Positions 1 to 13,028 of a DNA stretch of 64,000 nucleotides are shown here, one piece after another; position 1 is the first letter of the stretch; every line of letters starts with the position of its first letter. The stretch covers positions 16,802,001 through 16,866,000 of the forward strand of contig JBHGNT010000014.1 of the NCBI GenBank assembly GCA_043228905.1, read 5' to 3'. The position numbers and the translations under genes were made by a program. Under the pieces are notes generated by a model. That model was given only the letters and a program-made list of their open reading frames with translations, made no database searches and had not been told where the DNA came from. This DNA comes from Azolla caroliniana (Eukaryota; Plantae; Polypodiophyta).

Positions 1-1699
1 ACTCACCAGGCAATGAGCATGGTGGACTGGATGTGCCCATCATGAGGACACCAAGAGAGCCACGTCAATCCACTTGAGAGAAGAACATAGTGTCGATTCG
101 GCTACGACGACTACATGACATATCATTATGCATTCATGATGAAGGTGGTGATAGTCCGAGAACCGGAAACCCTTTTTGAACCCACGAAGGACCCTAGATG
201 GGTTGAAGCGATGAATGAGGAGATGCAAGCACTCTCCAAGAACGAGACATGGGATCTTGTCCCTTCTTCGCACCATCAAAAGGCAATTGGATGCCAGTGG
301 ATCTTCAAAGTGAAGCACAACGCTGACTGCACTATCAATCGGTACAAGGCCCAACTTGTGGCGAAGGGCTACGCACAAACATACAATGTCAATTACGAAG
401 AGACCTTTGCCCCAATGACAATGATGACAACAATTCGAACTATGATCGCACTTACAACAACAAAAGGGTGGCACCTCCACCAAATGGACATAAAGAACGC
501 CTTCCTACAAGGCGAATTAGACGAGGAGGTTTACATGGTGCAACCACCTGGATTCATGTCAGGTACGCATCCGACTGATGTCTCAAGTAGGCACCAAGAG
601 CATGGCACTCGAAGATAACCCAATATCTTCATCAAATGGGCTTCAACATGTCCAAGTTCAACAACTCTTTGTTCATTCAGAGCGACTCCAGAGGACAAGT
701 ATTTATCATCATTTACGTGGATGACTTGGTCATAGGAGGAGAGGATTTAGTAGACATTGAGCACATCAAGAAGCTCCTATCCAACCGATTTGAAATGAAA
801 GACATGAAGGAGCGTCATTACATTCTAGGAATAGAAGTAATCTGGACTTTGAACGGCATCATGCTTTCTCAAAGGCACTATATCCTCAATCTTCTTTACA
901 AGTTTGGGATGACACAGTGTAAGCCTGCCACTACCCCTCTCAATCGCAACCTAAAGCTAGATGCTGACTCCGGCACAAGAGAGTGTGAGCCGACACTCTA
1001 TCGACAACTAGTCGGAAGCCTCATCTAACTCACAATTACTCGACCTGACCTGAGTTATCCGGTCGACCTTCTTAGCCAGTTCATGCAAACTCCGCGAGAC
1101 ATCCATCTCGACTGTGTTAAGTGAATGTGAAGGTATTTGAGTGGAACCATGGATTTCGGCATCCTCTACAAATCGGCCACACCGACACAACTCGAAGGGT
1201 ACAGAAATGTCGATTGGGCCGGTTACAAAGCCGACAAATTATCAACGTCAGGATTCGTCTTCTCCCTCGGCAGCGGAGCCATCTCCTTGAGCAGTAAAAA
1301 GCAGTCCACGATCGCACTGTCGAGCACCGAAGCCAAATACAAGGGCGTGGTCATAGTCGCATGTGAAGCCATTTGGCTCAAGAGAATCTTGAAGGATCTG
1401 GGCGTTCCCATCAAGGATCTGATTCTCCTCTATTGCGACAATATATGAGCAACATTCACCTAACTTGAAATACAATCTTCTGCGCTCGGACCAAGCACAT
1501 TGAAGTGCAATATCACTTCATCGGAGAGTGTATTTTGGCCGGGGATGTCGATGTGCAACATATCAACATGAATCTACTAATGTCCGACATCTTCACCAAG
1601 GCCTTGGGAGTCAACAAGCTGCGGCAATTCACGACAAACCTGGGTCTTTTGACCGTCAACCAGCCAAGCTTGAGGGGGAGTAAGGAGCATCAAGAGTGA
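1..1699 (+). pseudogene. Ty1/Copia pol 3' part (reverse transcriptase + RNase H), degenerate
   Basis: Successive ORF pieces carry Copia motifs WVEAMNEEMQALSKNETWDLV, YKAQLVAKGY, HQMDIKNAFLQG, IYVDDLVI, NVDWAG, ALSSTEAKY and LYCDN, broken by stops and frameshifts. The element starts before the window. Confidence 0.95.
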
Positions 1700-1793
1700 A
1701 CCGAACCAACCGAAACTAGAGTCGACTCAAAGCCGACCCAAAGATTAGTCTAAACCAACCATCCAACGAGCGGAAGTTGTGTTTGAAGGGGCG

Positions 1794-2079
1794 TGTTGAG
1801 GCAAACTCAACTTCCTGTGTGTGGGAACACACCTTAGGATTCTCAAGTGTGCGAACACCCCACCTCCTTGTATAGTAACTAGTGTGTCATAGAAGTTAAT
1901 GTTCTATGACACATATTCCTTAGGTAGTTAAGACATAACCTCTTTCCCAAGAGGTAGTACTAGTAAGAGAATTTAGAGAGAAGGTGACTACATAAGCACC
2001 TTCTCCTTCTCTTTGTAAGGTGGTTGGCCATTTCTTTGTTTTCTTGATATACAATTTTCTGGTTTTTCTGTAATTGCGA

Positions 2080-2153
<74 letters not shown>

Positions 2154-2190
2154 GTTCTTCCACTGCACAGAATCCATCCGATTCTTTACA
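1794..2190 (+). mobile_element. 3' LTR of the Copia element
   Basis: Purine tract GAAGGGGCG (1785-1793) is followed by TGTTGAG. Proposed end ...TTTACA at 2190. The right boundary is inferred because the 5' LTR is outside the window. Confidence 0.6.
2082..2151. repeat. Compound (CT)n(CA)n microsatellite inside the LTR
   Basis: Directly visible. Confidence 0.97.
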
Positions 2191-2923
2191 AAACCAAATG
2201 TATGCTAAAATCATGTCTAAAACGTGATGCAACCACATTCACATGCAATATTCATTGCAATAGTGGACTCTTTTAATACCAATGGAGGATATTTCTTTTA
2301 AAAAAAGAAGAAGATATTGTTCTAGTGTTTGATTTGTATGTTTAGTTTGATTGTCACTTTGAGGTTGATGACTTGAGGAGACTTTACTAGAAATTATAAG
2401 CATATCAACAACTATTTCAAAAAATTTAAGACGATGTTATAAGGGAGGTCGTAATGAAATCCAAAGAGATAGTTTTCCATGAACCATTAGGAATTCACAA
2501 TGGTAGTAACAAGCCATATGGTTAATGTTGAGGAACCTTTCGTTAACAATGTGAGTCATATTGTGCATGCAATCCTCAACAAAGTTATGAAGTTGGGGCC
2601 ATTGATAGTTTCAAGTAACAAACTCTAAAGTCTTGCAGACTTGGTGTGTTCAACAATTTGAGTGTCATGGTAATATTGTAAGTCTTCAGGAAGTGTTGTT
2701 AGGATTGTATAGAATATTGTTTAAAAAAATAGCTCATCATGTCATTTGAATTTATTAGCAAAGTCAATATAGTGGTTGTCAACTAAGGAAAAAAAATCTG
2801 AATACTTTGGAATTGTAAGATGGAATTCCTAGAGTTCACCCCACAAAGAGAAAACTTATTAATATATTTTGTGGTGTCATGACCAATATTCAAGTGAAGT
2901 TGGACACATTTGTGTATTCAATT

Positions 2924-4877
2924 TTTATTTTTTTATTTTCCAAAAAACACTACTTCGCATTAGTTAGCAAATAGAATACAACAGCGTTTACCCGAATCCA
3001 TAGTGGGATCAACATATATAACTCGGAGGAACAACTCCAAAACTATCAAACAAAAACAACAAAAACTCACACGACCCCTAACTCCAACAAAACTAAAATA
3101 AACCCCATTTTACCCCAACTAACTGTTTTATAACAAAGTTATCCGAGTAACATGACTATACTAAACCACTTGTGCTTCAGCTATGCATACATAATTACAA
3201 CCCATGTACAATATTGGGAGTCCTCAGTGAAACAACCACCTAGGTGCTTGATAATTCCACTTAGGCTTTGACAAAGATTTGACCATCATGGGAGAACCAT
3301 CCCATTTCGGCAAGAACTTTGACCTTGCCCTTTTTACTTCATCTGATTCCCCTTGAATCGAGTCATACCGTCTGCACAACCAAGCCACAAGCTCAAACCA
3401 GATATTTAACATCACCTCCCCGCATGAGAGCCTTTGCTGCTGAAAAACAAACTTACAACATTTGATCCAAATGTGCTAGACGGATAAACACCCCAACATA
3501 AGCCAAATCTCATCAAAAAATTCAGAATTTGTGCCAGGTCTCACCCCATCACATTGGAACACACTACCACCCTACACTATAAATCCATGTCCTTGGGGTT
3601 TTAATTGTTCCCACAAGCTTTCCCTTTTTAGAGATAGTCCCTGTATGGAGCCCCACACAACGTTCCCATTCACACCACAATCTGCCACAATTCGAAGGCT
3701 TCTACTCCAAATGCTAATCGCCTCTGTACAATTCCAAAAACAATGAGAGATTGATTCCAAAGCATGTCCACATAACTTACAGCCAAACTCATCACCACGG
3801 GAACTCAACCCCTCCCCTACAGGTACCACCTTGTGGCCAAGAAGCTACTACCATGCCTTTATTTTTTCTGGCATATCCAATGCCCATAGTCTCCTCCAAA
3901 ACGACTTTAGATCGTCATCTAATATGCCTTTATCCTTCCAACTATTGCGGATCATGACAACACCCACCACTTTGGAGCCAATGATTTGTCTTCCTAACTT
4001 AGTATTGTACTTAAAAAACTTTTTCAAGTTGTTTGTACCTAGTGTCTACCACCATACCTCCAATGGATCCCACTCCAAATCATATAAGGGCTTGTTGTCG
4101 AAAAGCCATGTTTTACAATCCTAACGAAGTGTCTTAGGGTCTAGGTTCAATTGCCAACTCCTACCCTCCAACACTGCCAACAACCTGCCATCATCTATGA
4201 AAGAACTTAATAGGTTACCCCACAAACGCTCCTCATTAGTCGAGCACCTACCACAAATAAGTTGTGCATCAACCTCACTTACAAACCAGCTTGGTCAAGC
4301 CGACTCTTCCGCGTTCAACTTACCTAATCCATCAACGACCTTATCTATCAATTGGGTCATCTTCGCTAGTCTTCCAGTAAACTTACAACTAACAACCTGC
4401 CCCTCCCGCCTCTTCATGTTGAAGACCTGCCAATAGTATACCGACCTAATCTTGTACCCTAGCATCCTCCCCCAAGGCAAGTACTTTTTCTATTCAAGCA
4501 TCATACTGTCTTCACTTCTAATCATGAGGGTTCCAAAACAACGGTTGTTGTAGCCGTTCATACAATGTTTTCGGTTGCATTAAGACCAACCCTTCTCTTA
4601 AACTTGACCAGACCTTCATTATGGAGCGAACCACCCTATCCTCCGCGCTAGCCGGTTCTTTCAACTTTAGAGTTGGATTGAACAACCATCATGTATTTGC
4701 CTGCCAAGTACCACCATTCATGGGACACCAAAGGTTAACTTTGTTCCTAATGAGCACCTTCCACAATTCTGGTCCAGGTTGCAGACTTTGTACCAAAAGC
4801 TTACCAAGTAGAGCCTTACTTTGGTGAACTAGATCCGCCAACCCAAGTCCTCCCTGATTCTTCGCCTTAATTAAACA
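2924..4877 (-). mobile_element. 5'-truncated LINE (L1-like, ORF2 C-terminus), degenerate
   Basis: Minus-strand pieces KNQGGLGLADL and zf-RVT CKLCGHALESISHCFWNC...W, with C-terminus PKWNYQAPRWLFH. A-rich tail appears as T runs at 2922-2939 on +. 14-bp TSD TTGTGTATTCAATT at 2910-2923 and 4878-4891. Confidence 0.88.
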
Positions 4878-5009
4878 TTGTGTATTCAATTATAATTACA
4901 TGATGCCAACTTCCAAACATGTGATCAAAAGTTCAATGTTTTATCCAATGCAAACAATGGCCTCTACATAGCTAAAAGTTTGACTTTCTCAATGTTCGTA
5001 TGTACGTAT

Positions 5010-5317
5010 ATACAACTTGAAGCATGATGTACAAACTCATGATGATTCATGGAGCTTGTATTATCATAAATAGGCTTCCGTGTAACACCTTCACTTATAT
5101 CATACGTGTGAGGTTTGAGAGAAGTAAGGAATTGTAATTCTTGCATATCACCTTAAGCTTATGGATACAACTTGAAGCATGATACACAAGCTCGTGAGGC
5201 TCTCATGGAGCTTGTATTGTGATAAATTAGCCCCCATAACAACTTCACTTATATTGTATGTGTGAGGTTTGAGAGAAGTAAGGAATCTCAATTTTTGCAA
5301 ATCACCTTAGGTTTATG
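5010..5317. repeat. Diverged tandem duplication, about 156-bp unit x2
   Basis: TACAACTTGAAGCATGAT...GTGTGAGGTTTGAGAGAAGTAAGGAAT...ATCACCTTA occurs twice in tandem. Confidence 0.85.
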
Positions 5318-6469
5318 TTATATCATTACATTGGAAAGTACATATTCACACATCACAACCTTACCAACATACGTTGCATAACATTGCATATGCAATATGA
5401 AATCAAACTTAGAGAAAGTAATTTAAGGTGACAAATTAATAAATCAGGCAATTGAAATCCTTTTTATAAATTAGATGAATGATCTGAAAATGCAATTATA
5501 GTAAATACTTGGCAAATCAAATTTAGAAGCTACAATAACGAACAAAAAATTTGTAGAAATTAATGGATATGTTAATTGTTTTGATACAATTACAACAAAA
5601 TTGAATTAGATAAAGGAAAGTTTTTCAAAGTATTTGCTTAGGCACCCTCATTTTTGTGGACGTCCACTTGCTCTTCCTTGTTTCATGCTTTACCAATTCT
5701 CACAATGGGGACGATAATTCTCATGCACTTTAAAATGATTATATGTACATTATCTTTTCACACCTTCTAAGTGCCTATATCCCCATGTATTTGATATGCA
5801 TGTCTATATGAACAATCATCTCCCTAATGAGCACATGACTTAGGCCAAATCCGTATTTGATCATTGAGATCCATGCAATTGCTTGGTTATTAAAGTAGAG
5901 ATCCTTCTAATGTTTGATATGATTGAATGAGACCTAGAGGATTAGCTCAATGCATCTAAGAAGCATAAGTTGACAAAACTATAAGTGTAGATGCAAGTAT
6001 GGAATTAGAGCGAAACTTAACATGTAACCTTAGGACATGTATTGGCAAACAATATGATGGGGGTTGGTGCATGGAAGTGTTCCTGGAAGCGTCTTGTTGT
6101 ACCCAATTCTATTGCGTCAATGAGTGGTCTTAAGTATTTCAGTAAACATATCAAAAACTCAAATCAAATGGGGTGGACAAGAATCACAAAGAGAAATTTC
6201 TTTCGATCCCAAACTTCGATCAATGTTGACAAACCTGGACATTGAACATTTGGTTCTTCCTAAAGCCAAAACGTTCTAGAATTTTTCTAAAATACCCCCA
6301 CCCCCCTCTAATCCCTCGACACACCCCTGGGTTTTGAAATTTCAACATACTATTCACAATTAATATGGTAAAAAAGGAAAGAGGCATTTCAAGGGTTTAT
6401 GCGAAACTCGAGCATTGAGTACCACAACTACATGAAGGAAAGACGAAGAGTGGTGGGGAGAGGGGGTAT

Positions 6470-7045
6470 TTTTTTTGTGAATTTCACGAAACATGGCAGA
6501 AGCCGAAGAGCATTGAGTAACTTACTATTACTACATGAACGAAACAAGAAGAGTGGTGGGGAGAGGGGTATATTTGTGAATTTCATGAAACGTGGCGGGA
6601 GGCGAGAGGGAGAAGGGGGGGTATGTATATTTGTGAATGATTTCATGAAACATGGGAGAGACAGAGGCAGAGGGATATGTTTGTTAATTTATGGAACAAT
6701 GGCAGAAACAGAAGGGGGAGGGGGAGGGGGGTATGATTTGTGAATTTCATGAAACAGGGCAGAGACATAGAGGGTATGATCTGTGAATTTCATGAAAACT
6801 TGGAGGGTATGATTTGTGAATTTCATGAAAACATGGCAGAGACATAGAGGGTATGATCTGTGAATTTCATGAAAACTTGGAGGGTATGATTTGTGAATTT
6901 CATGAAAACATGGCAGAGACATAGAGGGTATGATTTGTGAATTTCATGAAAACTTGGCAGAGACATAGAGGATATGTTTTGTGAATTTCATGAAAACCTG
7001 GAGGGTATGATTTGTGAATTTCAGAAACATGGCAGAGACAGGGGA
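6470..7045. repeat. Minisatellite array with core GTGAATTTCATGAAA; 33-bp and 43/44-bp units alternate in 6731-7045
   Basis: About 11 copies of the core. Copies are homogeneous on the right and degenerate on the left. Confidence 0.92.
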
Positions 7046-7055
7046 GTATTTCCTG

Positions 7056-7062
7056 TATAAAT
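7056..7062 (+). promoter_or_regulatory. Candidate TATA box (TATAAAT)
   Basis: Followed by a pyrimidine/(CTT)n patch (about 7090-7135) and a donor-like CAG|GTATGA at 7247/7248. No ORF follows. Confidence 0.35.
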
Positions 7063-9584
7063 TTCCTCCCAATCTTCAGAATCAGAAGGTTTCTTCTTCT
7101 TCTTCTTCTTCTTCTCTCTAGCTTCTCTGTTTCCTTTTGAAATGGAGGTAAAGAAAGAAGAAACACTAAGGAATAGAACAAATCCGGGAATCCCACATCA
7201 GATCAAACAGACAGCTCCCTTTAAAAAAAAGAAAGGAAAAGAAACAGGTATGAATGAAGCCCCAACAACTACATCTCTAATGAAATGCTAATATAAGATC
7301 CAAAACGCGCATCATTTTTATTATTTTTATCATTGGTAGAAAAATAAGCCTCCTTTCTGGCCATAATATATACACATTGTTGAGCCAGTTGCAAATTGAA
7401 TTATTACTATTGATATTTTGCTTCCATAAATTTAATTTCTAGTTTAATACATCTGGATCAAATCTTGGTTGGGCCAATTTGTATATACTCGTCTGGGTTA
7501 TATAATTTCTGCAGTTTGGGGGGATTAACTGGTGGTTTACATTTCTTATCCTTCTCAAAACTCTCTCGAATACCAAAGGAATATTGAGAATTTTGTTTTT
7601 CCCAAACATGGATTATATCACTAGTTTCATTTTGTTTGGAGTAGGGACAAGGATCATTAGTTTCTATGCTCCTGAAAAGTCTCTTGTGCACCAAAGGAAT
7701 AGGGAGATTTTATTCCCAAACAGATCATATCAGGTGTTTCATTTGGTTTGGGATCGAGAAAATGATCATCTATGTATATATGTAATATATCTGCATGATA
7801 AAGTCGTGCGAATAGGAATTCTGATGCTTAAAACTCTGGATAATATAACTTAAAAAGTAATCATATATCTGTCTTTAAAGGTAATTATGTGTATACTTGT
7901 AAATCTTATAAGCCATCCTATATACATGCATTCTCAGAGAAAATTTATCTCCACACTGTTCTAATTTCTCCATCATATTATTAGCAAAAGTTTGTGATGT
8001 TCCAGTCTTTAAAAGGATTGTTTTTGAATATCCTAAAACATTCAAACCCGAGGAAATTTTACTCGCATTTTGTGATCTATTTTAATTGTACAAGCTCGCT
8101 TATATTTGCAACATATATATTGGAAATTTGAGTTTCAAAGTCTTGTTGCTTGATACCCCATACACAATATAAAAGACATAGCTTGTTATTTTATTGGTAC
8201 TATCACCTTCATGCTATGGTATTTACATTGCATATAGAAATGTAAGTGGTTCTTGTATAATACTTTTACTATGCCATGTCTCTGTATTCTAAGGTATTTA
8301 GTTTTGTGTGGATACTTTTACTATGTGAAACCCACTTAGTAGGCTATTATAGTTATATGTAGACCAAAAATAAATTATTATTGTATCTTACTAAATTGGA
8401 ACTTGGTTTTCAAATGATGCCAACTCTTTCATCTGTATGCAAACCATTCTAAAAGGTCAATATTAGTATGTTCTAATGGTCTATATGAGTCATAATATAT
8501 AGTGGTATGTATATTTCTTTGGATCTTCTATTCTTTTCATTTGTTTCGGAATGTTGATCATGCTGATGTAGAAGGGAGCAAAATTTTAATGTGATTGAGA
8601 GATTATGTGTATTACTAATATGGCAATTTCAATATATTCAGAATTTATGGGATATTTGTGCTGAACTGAACAACATTAACCACTTGCAGAGTCTCGCGGC
8701 ATTTCTTCTTTTCTTATATCTCTTATTTTGGAACGATTGTTTTCACATATTTGAAATAAATTCTATCACAACACTCGTGCTACGATATACGCCTTATCAT
8801 ATTGATCACAGCTACATATGTACATAATACATACATGCACATGCATACACAAATTTATATACATGTTAGGCGTGTATGGGATGTATAGATACATGTCATG
8901 CGGGCTTGCATGAAGAGTTAAATATATTATGCCTGCTAGATTATATTTGTATTGGTGAGTAACTCTCTTGCTAATATATGAGGGGTTACATGAAACAAAG
9001 GGGTGTCACTGTGAGGAACCTATGAAACCCTAGGATGAACTGTTGGCTGATCAGAAATGATGGAATTTTAGAAGTTATAGTGATGGAGATTTATTTCGTA
9101 AAGAATTGTATCATATATAACACCATAGATGAATACAAATTCATTCCCTCTTGTTGCTTCTCCCCTTCTTGCTTCTCTTATCTCTTGTTATTCTTGGCCT
9201 TATTTCACCTCTCTTCATCTTTGAGGATCCAGGCAAACACAAGGTTTTTCAGGATTAAAATGTTTCGTGGTGTGATTTTTCAAAATCTGTGTCCTAATCA
9301 TTTTTCTACACAAAAAACATATAAGCTGAAGTCCCATCACGAAGTTTAGGTACAACTTAAAGATGTAAATTCATTGTAAGAAAGTTTGTAAAAGATAAGA
9401 TCCCTTGTTTGAAAGGTTTTGTTTTTTTTTAATTATCAGGAGAGAAGGAAAGGGGGTTTGCAAAGCCCCTATGGAAGTCTCAGTTAAGTAATGATGGGGG
9501 CTAACTCGCAAAGCCTGCAGAATGAAGGCTTGCAGAAAAAGCAAGTCACAAGCAAAGGTGGGAGGCAAAAGATTGGGGATGTGT

Positions 9585-9688
9585 AGCTTCTCAACTCTCA
9601 TTGAATATACTTCAAAGATAGGTGTAAATCAGATGGAGCTTCTCAACTCTCATTGAATATACTTCAAAGACAGGTGTAAATCAGATGG
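9585..9688. repeat. 52-bp tandem duplication
   Basis: AGCTTCTCAACTCTCATTGAATATACTTCAAAGAYAGGTGTAAATCAGATGG x2. Confidence 0.95.
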
Positions 9689-9768
9689 TTTGTGGGTGAG
9701 ATGGATAATGATGCACACACAGAGAGTAAAACAAAAGGAACATGCCACCGAAACATTGATCAGTAGTA

Positions 9769-9982
9769 GTGATGAAACAATTATGCAAGCCTCAAACATT
9801 CTTCAAACATAGAGATTCAGTGATGAAACAATTATTCGAGCCTCAAAACTCTGAAATTCTTTGAGCATAGAGATTTAGTGATGAAACAATTATTCAAGGC
9901 TCAAACCTCTGAAATTCTTCGAGCATAGAGATTTAGTGATGAAACAATTATGCGAAGCCTCAACCTCTGAAATTCTTCAAGC
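9769..9982. repeat. About 58-bp tandem repeat x4
   Basis: GTGATGAAACAATTAT at 9769, 9820, 9878 and 9936. Confidence 0.93.
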
Positions 9983-12527
9983 GTTGAGTTTTTTCAAATG
10001 GCTGCGAAAGATGGATCGGCTCAATCGTGATTAAAAAAAGCATCATGGTGTGGGTGTTCCTGTTATCATTGCTTCCAGTGGTAGGTCTTGACCATTCCTG
10101 GAGAACACATGGACATAGACATTCATTCGCTTTGTGCTTGCACCATTATCTCCACACGCAAAAAAAAGAAAAGAAAAAGTTCATCCACTCAGATTTCTAT
10201 ATTTTGGAGCTCTCTCCACTCTACTATTACTATAACAATGAATTGATCTCTCTCCTCTTCATTATTTTCTTCTTCTCAAGAGTGTCATTATCCTTCAATC
10301 TTCAGAATCAACCTATCAAATCTCTCTCCTTGCTTGATGTGACGCGGCCAAAGACCTCGGCTTTCTTGTCGTCAAGAAAAGGCCTTGCAAAGAGAGACCA
10401 ATTCTTCTGAGCTTTTTCCTCTTATGAAATGTTTTTTTAATCTTATATGCTCATAGAAATATATTCATGCCACCCACATTGAAGAAGTCTAAGTCATATG
10501 AGACTGTTCTGTTTAAAATATTCCAAGACGACCTTGCACAAAGTTTTCTAAAATTGTCAGCATCATATTCCATGGTCCTAAGATGCTTTTTAACTTCTAT
10601 TCGGTCTCTTACGAAATGTTAAATGCGATTTATCCATCCATTCATCTATCAAATCTCTATATCTTAGCAATCAGTTTGCTTGCAAACTCGGTTGTGTTTG
10701 GATAGATGTTCTATGATATATGGTCCTATGCATTTTCATATAGTTCCATGGCTGAAAACAAAGTGCAAGATAAAAAGCCTAGCTATAATGAAGACATTGA
10801 TTACCCTTGGCTACTTTGTACCCAACAATTGTGTCGACATGTTCATGTTGGTGTATTGACTGCTAAAAGATGCTAAAATTCACTTCATACATGGGTGTTA
10901 GGGCAAATTTTCTCTTAATTACCCATCCTTGTTTATGGCTAAGCCAAGTCACTACTTGAGTTGGGATGTCTTTGAGGTCGTTAATTTTCTTGTAAAGCAT
11001 GAATAAGAGTAAAAGTTGAGAGATATTGAGGAGTTGATAACATGTAGGTTGTGAGCCTTTCACCATAAACTATGTTAATTTAAGCATATCTTTGAGCAAA
11101 CTTTCGTTAGATTTGTTTTGTATTTTGATGAGATGGCAACTAAAAATTAGGCAATGTTGAACTTAACATTGAGCCTTTTTATTGAAGCCAACTAACGAAA
11201 GGCTAATATTACCAATAGCCTCTATTATTTTGTATACTAAAGTAACTCTAGCCTTGATAATTCTGTATTAAACAATTGCATTTGGAAAGCTCTCTAATCA
11301 CATGCAATCAAGTGACAATACATTGGGTTACTTGGCACATAATAGTTCCCTCATCCATTGCATAAAAATGAGCAACACAAAAAATAGGTTTTACAATGCA
11401 ATTCTTAATTTCAAAGAGAGTGATATTTCTATCAATTTATTATTAATATTTCAAAGGGTCCTTACTAACTTTGCATGTAATTAGAGGGTAGTACGTTTGG
11501 TCAACAAATTTGTCGAAGTTTCATTACCATTTAATGCAATTGCATGAATGAAAAATATAGTTTAAAATGTTGTCTATTTTAATCTTAAAGAAAGTGAAGT
11601 TCTATTATCTTCCTACTAATTGTTCAAAGGGTTGTTTTGTACTTTTATGAATTGTTTGTTGCATTATGGAAAAAGTTATTGACACTTCTCATTTGTTATG
11701 TTGTCCTCTATTGAAGATAGATGAAGGGGAGAGCCTTTTTCTCCTTTTGATTATTCAAGAATGCAAGTGCAATATATACGATGTGTTAGGCCTTTCTCAT
11801 TCCAATTCTTGACTCTAGGAAGGTAGGCTGAAGTAAACTCTAAAAATGAGTTGAAATTTAAATTCTCAACAATTGCAATCGAATGATGTTATATGTTTTA
11901 GACACTAATGGTTGATCTTGACACTTGAATCTAGTGTAAAATAGTCATATAAAGATGTAATGCTACCATCACCTTGCTAACTATATTGGCTAGCTTAAAA
12001 GATGAAAAGTTTCTTAAAATATGGGAGTGATGACAATGACCACGATGAGATTTGTTCTTGATGACTGGTTTAAAGAGAGAGAGTCAAACACATGGACCCA
12101 TGATGCATGTATGAACAAAGAATCTTTTTAATCTACTGATGTGAATGTTCTCTCAAGCAAGATTTAAGTGAAACATTAGTCATGTTTAATTCTAGGATTT
12201 GTTAGAAATAGAGGCTTGAACAATATAAAGCCAAAACGTAAAATAAGTGAAGGGAAATAAAAAAATTTGCGCTTACTCAAGATCAGTTCATTGTGTTAGA
12301 TATGAACTATCCATGATTCTCTTTAGTCTTATCAAGAAGCTTCCTATTTGGTGACTAGAGAGCATTTTAGAGAGAAAGTGGAAAGTAAAATCATTTCCAT
12401 TGACCGATTTTTTTAATATTTTTGCACGTGTTGACATTAGTGAATGAATGAAGACTTCAAAACAGTGTAGGAAAAGACCTTTTAGACTAGTTTAGATAAT
12501 TAATAATAAAAATATTGATCATTCTAA

Positions 12528-12599
12528 GTGGCTGTAGTTTAGTGGTTAGAATTCCACGTTGTGGCCGTGGAGACCTGGGCTCGAATCCCAGCAGCCACA
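12528..12599 (+). tRNA. trnH-GUG: tRNA-His (GUG), nuclear type
   Basis: Acceptor stem GTGGCTG/CAGCCAC, anticodon arm CCACG-TTGTGGC-CGTGG (GTG at 12561-12563), T arm CTGGG-CTCGAAT-CCCAG. Resembles the plant cytosolic tRNA-His consensus. Confidence 0.96.
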
Positions 12600-12610
12600 C
12601 GTATTGCTTC

Positions 12611-12700
12611 TTAATAATTCCTCTTGATTCCTCCAATCACATATTTGTTAATAACTCCTCTTGATTCCTCCAATTCACACATTTGTTAATAACTCCTCTC
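12611..12700. repeat. About 37-bp tandem repeat x2.5 directly 3' of tRNA-His
   Basis: TTAATAAYTCCTCTTGATTCCTCCAAT(T)CACAYATTTG is repeated. Confidence 0.85.
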
Positions 12701-13028
12701 AAATAATCTTGATTCATCCAAGTAGTGTGTTTCCATTCTTTATGCATTGTCATCATTTCTAGATTTCATTCGATTTTTTACCTAAATGTTCTTTCTCATT
12801 TCAGTCTTTTAGTTACTATTATAATATTTAGGGTTTTTGTTCATCTTTATCGTTGTCGATTCTTTCATCTATTATTCTTATTTGTTAAAGCTTTAGTTTA
12901 ATTATATGTATAAAGATGAGACCTCTATCCCTTCTTGGATGATTACAATAAAGACGAGATGATAGGGAATGGTAGAGGATCAATTTTGATGCCCAAGAGA
13001 GCTCGAAAATGGCAAAGCTTTTGCCTTG

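Noticed and set aside
6470-7045. CRISPR-like array of palindromic repeats
   Set aside because: The spacers are repeated and short rather than unique, there are no cas genes, and the context is eukaryotic.
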